Notes under the pieces: model-generated | The model's database searches: none | What the model was told of the DNA's origin: nothing | The model's input: the letters and a program-made list of their open reading frames with translations, nothing else | Part shown: positions 25,313-32,000 of the stretch, piece after piece | How positions within the stretch are numbered: the first letter of the stretch is position 1 | How the letters are laid out: each line of letters begins with the position of its first letter | Made by a program: the position numbers and the translations under genes | NCBI RefSeq assembly: GCF_000406145.1 | Contig: NZ_CM001976.1 | Span: 476,930-508,929, forward strand | Direction of reading: 5' to 3' | Origin: Dickeya dadantii NCPPB 898 | GTDB lineage: Bacteria > Pseudomonadota > Gammaproteobacteria > Enterobacterales > Enterobacteriaceae | DNA length: 32,000 bases

Positions 25313-27008
25313 TCAGGCGTAAATATCGTTATTTTTTCGGTTAATCGCCACCGGGGCGACGGTGGAAAGTAATTGCCGGGTATACGGGTGTTGCGGTTGA
25401 TTGAATATCTGTTCCACGGTGCCGCGTTCCACCACATTTCCGTCTTTCATGACCGCAATCCGGTGACTCATGTGCTGCACCACCCCCAGATCGTGGGAGA
25501 TAAACACCATCGACAATTGCAGGCGTTGCTGCAACGCCACCAGCAGGTCGAGCACCTGCGCCTGCGTGGTGACATCCAGCGCCGATACCGGTTCGTCGCA
25601 AATCAGCACCTCCGGCTCCGCCGCCAGCGCCTGTGCGATGGAGATACGTTGGCGCTGCCCGCCGGATAGCGACTGCGGCCGTCTGGAGAGCAGCGTCGGC
25701 GACAGTCCCACCAGCTCCAGCAGGGCAAGAATGCGTTGCTTACGGGCTTGCGGGCTCAGATCGCGCCGCAACCGCAACGGCTGCAGCAGGATCTGTTCAA
25801 TGGTGAACTGCGGATCGAACGAACTGAGCGGATCCTGCGTGATGGTTTGGATGCTAGCGCGTAGCGGGCGGCGTTCCCGCTCGGTCAGCGAACTCCAGGG
25901 TTGGCCGGACAGACGAATGTCGCCGCTGTCCGGCGGCTGCAAGGCCAGCATTACCTTCCCCAGCGTGGTTTTACCGGAGCCGGACTCGCCAACGATACCC
26001 AACGTTTCGCCCCGTTCCACCGTCAGCGAAATATTATTCACCGCGGTCATGCGGCTGCCGTCCGGGCGTTTGAACGAGACGGACACGCCGTCTACCTGCA
26101 ACGCCAGCCCGCTCTTTTCGCCGGACTCGCCGACGGAAGAGAGCAGGGTCGATGCCTGCGGGCTGAGCGGGTTTTCTCCCGCCAGCCAGTTGCCGCGGGT
26201 CGCGGCGGTCGGGATCGCGGCCAGCAGCCGGCGGGTGTACGGGTGTTGCGGCGCGGACAGCACCTGCCGTGCCGCGTTCCACCAGCGCGCCTTTCTGCAT
26301 CACCATCACCCGATCGGCGACCTGCGACACCACTGCCAGATCGTGGGTGATCAGCAACACGCCGTGCCCGGCCTGCGCCAGCGCGGTAAACAGCTTCAAC
26401 ACCTGTTGCTGAACGGTGGCATCCAGTGCGGTGGTGGGTTCGTCGGCAATCAACAGTTTTGGTCCGGCGGCCAGCGCCGAGGCGATCAGCGCCCGCTGGC
26501 GCAGACCGCCGGACAGCTCATGCGGATATTGTGCCGCGCGGTTGGCCGGATCGGGAATGCCGACCTGTGCCAGCAGCTCGGCGACGCGCGTCGCCACATC
26601 ATTACGCGAGGCCAGTTTATGGGTCAGCAGCGGCTCCGCCACTTCCTGCCCGATGCGCCGCAGCGGATCGAGCGACACCAGCGCATCCTGCAATACGAAG
26701 CCGATCTCCCGGCCGCGCACCTGTTGCCACTGCCGATCGCTGAGTGTTTGCAGGTCGCACCGGTTGCCGTCGTGGCGCACCAGTTCGATGGCGTTGGCCT
26801 GAATCTGCGCCCGCTCACCCGCCAGCCCGACCAGCGTGCGGGCGGTGACCGATTTACCGGAACCGGATTCGCCCACCAGCGCCAGAATTTCACCTGGATT
26901 GACCTGAAACGACAGGTCGCGCACCGATTCCACCGGCCCGTGCGGGCTGGGGAAGGTGACGTTTAACCCATCGACGCGCAGCAACGGCTGCAAAGCAGAC
27001 TGACTCAT
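25313..27008 (-). pseudogene. Fused double ABC ATPase (DppD-DppF fusion type) interrupted by a frameshift
   Basis: ORFs 26034..27155 and 25313..26263 each carry a full ATPase domain (GESGSGKS twice; LSGGLRQR and LSGGQRQR). The PQHPYT tail of domain 1 is readable only in the frame of ORF 2. The frame change is near 26262-26266 (minus strand GGC ACG GCA G|GTG CTG TCC). ATG 27008 overlaps the permease stop (ATGA). Confidence 0.75.
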
Positions 27009-27940
27009 GCTGTCCCCCTGGCCAAAATAGCCTGCAAACGCCGGCCCAGCAGGGTGATGACGATCACCGACAGCGCCACGACACTGGCGGGAAACAGGCT
27101 GACCCAGGGCGCGATATCCAGGAAGTTGCGGCCGTCGGCCAGCAGTGCGCCCCATTCCGCCGTGGGCGGCACCACGCCAAGTCCGAGGAAACTCAGCGCC
27201 GAGGCGGACAGCACCGCGTTGCCGACGCCGATGGTCGCCAGAATCAGCAACGGCCGTAAGGTGTTGGGAATGATATGGCGCACCACGATGTACAGCGGAG
27301 GTTCGCCCAGCGCGATGGCGTGTTCTACGTAGCCGGACAGTTTTACCTGCAGCACCTGCGAGCGCACCAGCCGCGCATAACCGGCGACGCCGGCCAGCCC
27401 GACCGCCAGCAGCGTATTTTCCGGGCCGCGCCCCAGCACCGCGATCACCAGCAGCGCCAGCAGCATTTCCGGGAACGCCAGCATGATATCCAGCAGCCGC
27501 ACCAGTACGCGGCGTACCGGCAGCGGCGCCAGCGCCGACAAGGTGCCCAGCAGCACGCCGCCTAGGCAGGCGATCAGCATCGCGCCGACGCCGATGCTCA
27601 GCGACAGCGAGGTGCCGTACACCACGCGGGTGAAGACATCGCGCCCGAGCGTGTCGGTGCCGAACCAGTGGTCCGCGCCGGGCGGCTGGAGCACCGCCCC
27701 CATGTCCATCTCATCCGGCAGGCGATGGGTGAACAGCGCAGGGAAAAACACCGCCAGCAGTAAAAGCAGTACGGCGGCGGCGGGAAGCAGGGTTGCCGGC
27801 GCCAGCCAGGGGCTGCGATAAGCGCTGCGATGGGGCGTGCGTATCAGCATCGGAGGTTCACTACGTGTCAGGGGGTCACGATATTTTAACGGTTCGCTGC
27901 ATGTTAACGGTTCACGGCATGTTAAAGGTTCACTGCTCAT
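27005..27940 (-). CDS. ABC transporter permease, DppC-like (start uncertain: ATG 27940 or 27850)
   Basis: Typical DppC core (GTDTLGRDVFTRVVYG, the ABC permease EAA-type loop, and LLGRRLQ at the C-terminus). The first 30 codons of the long form are the 18-bp repeat array. Confidence 0.85.
   Translation of the reverse strand: MSSEPLTCREPLTCSEPLKYRDPLTRSEPPMLIRTPHRSAYRSPWLAPATLLPAAAVLLLLLAVFFPALFTHRLPDEMDMGAVLQPPGADHWFGTDTLGRDVFTRVVYGTSLSLSIGVGAMLIACLGGVLLGTLSALAPLPVRRVLVRLLDIMLAFPEMLLALLVIAVLGRGPENTLLAVGLAGVAGYARLVRSQVLQVKLSGYVEHAIALGEPPLYIVVRHIIPNTLRPLLILATIGVGNAVLSASALSFLGLGVVPPTAEWGALLADGRNFLDIAPWVSLFPASVVALSVIVITLLGRRLQAILARGTA
27851..27940. repeat. Five tandem 18-bp units at the permease-permease junction, in frame with the downstream permease
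   Basis: Plus-strand units share the core GGTTCAC. By my count, units 3 and 4 are 16/18 identical and units 5 and 4 are 13/18. On the minus strand they read SEPLTC REPLTC SEPLKY RDPLTR SEPP. Confidence 0.85.
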
Positions 27941-28895
27941 GGGCGTTCGCCTTTTTTCTCAAACGGGGGTCGATAATCAGGTACAACGCATCCACCAGCA
28001 GGTTGATGACCACAAACAGCAGGGCAGACAGCATCACCAGCCCCAGTACCAGCGGCATGTCGCGGCTTTCGATGGCATGCAGGGTAATCTGGCCGATGCC
28101 GGCGCGGCCGAACACGGTTTCGGTCAGCACCGAACCGCTTAGCACGCCCGCCAGCAGGGTGCCGGTCAGCGTTGAGGCGGCCAGCGCGCCGTGGCGCAGG
28201 CCGTGCCGAACGCGCAGCCAGGTTTCGCTGACGCCGCGGGTGCGCACCGTCAGCGCGAACGGCTGCGACAGCGCCTCTTCCAGTCCGTCGCGCAGCACCT
28301 GGCTCAGCAGGGCCGCCAGCGGCAGACTCAGGGTGATGACCGGCAGCACCAGCGATATCAATCCGTCATTACCCATCACCGGAAACCATTGCAGGCGGAA
28401 GCTGAAAACGCTGAGCAGCACGATGCCGACCCAGTAGACCGGCGTGCTGAGCAGCGTCAGTTCCAGCCAGGACATCAGCGCGCGCAGCCGGGCGTGACGT
28501 CCGGCGGTCAACAAAGCGTTGAGGATTGACAGCAATAAGGCCAGCGCCAGTGCGCTGAGCGCCAGCTGGACGGTTTCACGCATGGCGTCGCCAATCAACG
28601 CCACCACCGGCTGCCGGTACTGATAGCTGACGCCGAAATCGCCTTGCAGCGCTTGTCCGCAGTAGCGCAGGTATTGCATCCACAGCGGCTGATCGAGCCC
28701 GAATTGCTTGATCAGTGCTGCCCGGTACGCGCCATCCACCACGTTATCGCCGCCGCTCAGGATCGCCACCGGATCGCCGGGGATCAGTTTGACGGCAATA
28801 AACGTCAGTGTGGCTGCGCCCCAGAGCACAGCCACGATGGTGAAGAGTCGCTGGAGAGCCGTGACGGCCAGGTTACGGTTTAATCCAGACATCAT
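27930..28895 (-). CDS. ABC transporter permease, DppB-like
   Basis: IAVKLIPGDPV near the N-terminus and DALYLIIDPRLR at the C-terminus. The ATG ATG at 28895/28892 overlaps the 3' end of the binding-protein gene. The track extension to 29045 lies inside that gene. Confidence 0.85.
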   Translation of the reverse strand: MMSGLNRNLAVTALQRLFTIVAVLWGAATLTFIAVKLIPGDPVAILSGGDNVVDGAYRAALIKQFGLDQPLWMQYLRYCGQALQGDFGVSYQYRQPVVALIGDAMRETVQLALSALALALLLSILNALLTAGRHARLRALMSWLELTLLSTPVYWVGIVLLSVFSFRLQWFPVMGNDGLISLVLPVITLSLPLAALLSQVLRDGLEEALSQPFALTVRTRGVSETWLRVRHGLRHGALAASTLTGTLLAGVLSGSVLTETVFGRAGIGQITLHAIESRDMPLVLGLVMLSALLFVVINLLVDALYLIIDPRLRKKANAHEQ

Positions 28896-30501
28896 AGAAG
28901 TTCGGTTTGGCGTTGGTGGCCCAGCTGATGCCCTGTACTTTCTTCGACAGGCCCAGTTGGTAGGCCGGGACGAACAGCGGCACGGCGTAAGCCTGGTCGA
29001 GCAGTTCGTGCTGGATCTGGCTGTAGAGCTGCTGGCGTTCGGCATCGCTGGCGCCGATGGCTTTTCTCAGCTTGCCATCCAGCGAGTGGGTGCGGCTGAA
29101 GTTGTTGCCGTTGGGCGGAATATAGTTGGAGTCAAATACGGTACGCAGGATATCCGGCTCGGCGCGCACAAAGTAGTTGGAAGCGATGTCGTAGTCGTTA
29201 TCGTTGGTACGACTGATGAAGCCCCCGCTGTCGACCGGATTAAGCTGGACGTCGATACCGGCCTGTTTCACCTGATACTGCACCGCCTGGAACAGGGTGA
29301 TTTCCGCCGCTTCCGACGAGCCGGTGCTGTAGACGAAATTCACGGTCAGGCGTTTGCCGTCTTTGGTGCGGTAGCCTTGGCCGTCTTTGGTTTTCCAGCC
29401 TGCTTCGTCCAGCAATTGGTTGGCTTTCTTCAGATCGAAACCGCCCAGCGCAGTGGCCGACTTGTCGTAATACAGCGTGGAAGGACCAAGAATGTTTTCC
29501 GCCGCTTTCAGGGTGCCGAAGAACGCCACTTTTGTCGCTGACGCGGCATCCACCGCGTGCAGGAAGGCGCGGCGCACGTTGACATCCTGGAACGGGCCTT
29601 TGGAGGTATTCAGGTAAAGCACGCGGTTAACGCCAGGGTTCTCGCGGGTGATCAATTCCAGACGGGTGTCTTTTTTCAGCGCGGCGGCATTGGCGGGCGG
29701 CACGGCGTCAATCGCCTGGACCTGGCCGCTGCTCAACGCGCCAAGACGCACCGAGGATTCCGGCAGGTATTTGAATTCGATTTTATCCAGATAGGCCGGA
29801 CCGGTGTGCGCGGCATAGCCCGGCCCCCAGTGGTAATCCGGACGTTTTTTCAGGCGGCTGCCGCTGCCTTTTACGAAGGATTCCAGAATAAACGGACCGG
29901 ATCCGACGATGGTGTTGCTGGTGTTCGGGGTGTTTTTCAGGTACGTCGGCGACTGAATGCCCAAATACGGCAAACTCAGCCCCTGCAACAGCGCGGCGAA
30001 CGGGCTTTTATAGTTGATCACCACCGTGTAGTCGTCCGGCGTGGCAATGCTGTCGATCGGCCCCAGCAGGGATTTGGCGTAGCTGGAGGTGGTTTTCGGG
30101 TCGAGAATACGCTCCAGATTGTATTTTACCGCCGCCGCGTCCAGTTTGGTGCCGTCGCTGAACGTCACGTCCTTGCGCAGGTGGAAGGTATAGCGGGTGT
30201 TGTTGTCGCTGATTTCCCAGCGTTCGGCCAGCCAGGGCGTAAAACGGTTGTCTTCCGCCTGACCCACCAGCGAATCCACCACGTTGCGGGCCACCAGCGC
30301 CGCCACGGAGTAAGCGGTGATGGACGGGTCGATGACCGGGGTGTCGCTGCCCAGCCCGATATTCAACGTGCCGCCCTGCACGGGGGTGACGGTAGCGTCC
30401 GCCGCGTGAGCGAAGGGCGATGCGCCCACCGCCAGAGACAGCAACCCTGCGGTGAGTAAGGAAATCCGTGATGCTTTGCTTGCCGGAGATAATGTCGCCA
30501 T
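28873..30501 (-). CDS. ABC transporter substrate-binding protein, family 5
   Basis: Signal peptide MATLSPASKASRISLLTAGLLSLAVGASPFAHA from ATG 30501, with GAGGA 8 nt upstream. ATGs at 30546 and 30540 are also in frame. It is the first gene of the minus-strand operon. Confidence 0.88.
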   Translation of the reverse strand: MATLSPASKASRISLLTAGLLSLAVGASPFAHAADATVTPVQGGTLNIGLGSDTPVIDPSITAYSVAALVARNVVDSLVGQAEDNRFTPWLAERWEISDNNTRYTFHLRKDVTFSDGTKLDAAAVKYNLERILDPKTTSSYAKSLLGPIDSIATPDDYTVVINYKSPFAALLQGLSLPYLGIQSPTYLKNTPNTSNTIVGSGPFILESFVKGSGSRLKKRPDYHWGPGYAAHTGPAYLDKIEFKYLPESSVRLGALSSGQVQAIDAVPPANAAALKKDTRLELITRENPGVNRVLYLNTSKGPFQDVNVRRAFLHAVDAASATKVAFFGTLKAAENILGPSTLYYDKSATALGGFDLKKANQLLDEAGWKTKDGQGYRTKDGKRLTVNFVYSTGSSEAAEITLFQAVQYQVKQAGIDVQLNPVDSGGFISRTNDNDYDIASNYFVRAEPDILRTVFDSNYIPPNGNNFSRTHSLDGKLRKAIGASDAERQQLYSQIQHELLDQAYAVPLFVPAYQLGLSKKVQGISWATNAKPNFYDVWIKP

Positions 30502-30645
30502 TCCCTGAGTCCTCAAAATCAGCTTATTTAGAAGAAGCATAGTCATGACTACGTACTCTAGGGGGTTGTCAAAACGGTGTAAAAGTATAAAAAATTATTT
30601 TTAATTCCTAAAAGGATATAAAAGACGGCTGTTTTTATAAGGCGT

Positions 30646-30676
30646 TAAGACAAAGGCCACCCTGGGAAGATGGCCT
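30646..30676 (-). terminator. Probable intrinsic terminator downstream of the YagU-like gene
   Basis: The minus strand reads AGGCCA-tcttcccaggg-TGGCCT followed by TTTGTCTT. Confidence 0.5.
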
Positions 30677-30691
30677 GTTGAGGCAGGAAAC

Positions 30692-31234
30692 TCAGTGCGC
30701 GTGTTGTGCAGTCAGCGCGTTGTCTTCTGACTGATGGGTAATGCGGCTGCGCAGATCGCGTCGCGCCAGTTCGGCAACCCAGAAGCAGAACATGTGGCCG
30801 AATATTTCTGAGAAGTGCTCGGCGAACGGCTGGTCCCACGGCGCAGGTACGGTACCGAACAGCGGCAGCAGCACCACATGGAACACGGCCCACAGCACCA
30901 GACCGTAAAAAGCGCCTTGCCAGAGCTTGATGCGCGGCCAGAATTCCGCTGCTACGCAATAAAGTACGGTAAAGGTAATCGAAAAGCCGAAATGCATGAT
31001 GAAACTCATGATCGGCCGCGGATTGCCATTGAACAGATAGGTTATATGCGAGAGATCAAACGACATGCCAAGCTGTTGCAATAATTGCTGAGGCGGGTTA
31101 GTCAGATCCCTTTCCGGGGTACGAGGCGGGAAGGGAATTTCCCAGCCGAATTTGGCGATCGCGCAAATGATGCCGGCAATAATGCCAATCATCACCGCCA
31201 ATATGATTTTTTCCTTAACGGTACGAGCCTGCAT
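30692..31234 (-). CDS. yagU: YagU/DUF1440 family inner membrane protein
   Basis: PRIKLWQG, SEIFGH and RRDLRSRITH match E. coli YagU blocks as I recall them. Three to four TM helices. Confidence 0.8.
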   Translation of the reverse strand: MQARTVKEKIILAVMIGIIAGIICAIAKFGWEIPFPPRTPERDLTNPPQQLLQQLGMSFDLSHITYLFNGNPRPIMSFIMHFGFSITFTVLYCVAAEFWPRIKLWQGAFYGLVLWAVFHVVLLPLFGTVPAPWDQPFAEHFSEIFGHMFCFWVAELARRDLRSRITHQSEDNALTAQHAH

Positions 31235-31638
31235 GGTATTTCTCCTTGGGGGAACAAAAAAGAAAAGACGAACAGTGAATAATTCACTCTCCTTTAAATA
31301 ATTACGATCGTCTTTGCCGACAGCATACGCCTTTAAACCACGATATTCGAGTATTACTCATTAGTGGTATCTATTTGATGTGTTAATTGTTTTTTCCAAC
31401 CATGACGAATGTGCTTTTATTGAAGGAGATATTAATGTTGGTGGTTTATTGTGACGAAAATGTACGATGATTTATCTGCCAATCGGATAATTTCATTGGT
31501 AAATATTAAGGCGTTATCGGATATGGCAAAAATAATTGGCGTTGCTTGGTTTACTGTTATGATGAAATTTGAATACTGCTGTGACTAACTGGATATTATT
31601 CAGACGCAAATAACATCTGCGCCTGACAAGGATGATGA

Positions 31639-32000
31639 ATGAGAAAAGTGATGTGGCTGGCGGTGTTGCTGGCCGTGCCGTTGCTGGCGTCTTGTATCCG
31701 TTTTTCCAATCCCGCTCCGTATAAAAAGATGCTGCGCGCCCAGTTTGGCGAGCAGTTGCAGTACCTTGATATGACGCGACTTTCCCCTTCGGAACCGTTT
31801 AAATCCTGGCAGGGCGCGTATGCGCTTTATCTGCTCGACCGCAACGACGACCAGACCTTTATGGTTCGCGTTGCCGAAACCGACTCACCGGCGCAGTTTC
31901 TGGCGCGGGTGCAGGCGGAACGAACAGAGAAGACGGCGTTCGTCAAACGGCAGCAGGCGTACCTTGGTCGGTTGCTTAACCTGAACCTGACGGGCGATTT
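31639..32000 (+). CDS. Putative lipoprotein, 3' partial (runs off the window, not in the ORF track)
   Basis: My own translation is MRKVMWLAVLLAVPLLASCIRFSNPAPYKKML..., with a lipobox LLAS-C and no stop through 32000. GC content rises again relative to the AT-rich spacer upstream. Confidence 0.65.
   Translation, partial: MRKVMWLAVLLAVPLLASCIRFSNPAPYKKMLRAQFGEQLQYLDMTRLSPSEPFKSWQGAYALYLLDRNDDQTFMVRVAETDSPAQFLARVQAERTEKTAFVKRQQAYLGRLLNLNLTGD

Noticed and set aside
25470-26966. 498-aa plus-strand ORF antisense to the fused ABC ATPase; likewise 28708..29541 and 29557..30459, antisense to the permease and binding-protein genes
   Set aside because: These are antisense artefacts of GC-rich coding sequence. 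The minus-strand frames carry complete ABC motifs.
19095-27940. Whether any of the tandem arrays could be a CRISPR array
   Set aside because: The units are directly adjacent with no spacers and are only 14-18 bp long. No cas genes are present.

Overview
This is a chromosomal segment from a GC-rich Enterobacterales genome. The rhaBADM/rhaSR genes and several other products are nearly colinear with the E. coli proteins as I remember them; the species cannot be determined.

Gene order, left to right:
- A Dpp/Opp-type ABC importer operon (family-5 binding protein truncated by the window edge, two permeases, two ATPases) followed by an M20 peptidase.
- An imperfect palindromic intergenic element.
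- A LysR regulator, an almost pure A/T tract, and a bona fide ACC deaminase gene (acdS).
- A roughly 2.2 kb low-GC islet with an RHH protein, an ABC/SMC-like ATPase and a translationally coupled DUF4276-like protein.
- On the minus strand, an Lrp/AsnC regulator, a periplasmic AroQ chorismate mutase and an MFS transporter.
- A YedJ-like HD protein, an IclR regulator and a methyl-accepting chemotaxis protein.
- The rhamnose cluster: rhaM-rhaD-rhaA-rhaB on the minus strand, divergent from rhaS-rhaR.
- A second Dpp-type ABC operon on the minus strand, whose fused double ATPase is frame-shifted.
- A YagU/DUF1440 membrane protein and a partial lipoprotein ORF that runs off the right edge (absent from the ORF track).

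Main candidate for something new: the islet at about 9444-11655. Its ATPase plus DUF4276-like pair has the split OLD / PARIS / AbiL architecture. I am not aware that it has been experimentally characterised.

Secondary observations:
- Four unrelated short tandem arrays sit exactly at minus-strand gene junctions.
- The dual ABC ATPase carries a frameshift.
- acdS has an atypical regulatory context.
- There are several palindromes and candidate operators.

I recognised no rRNA, tRNA, CRISPR, integrase or transposase.
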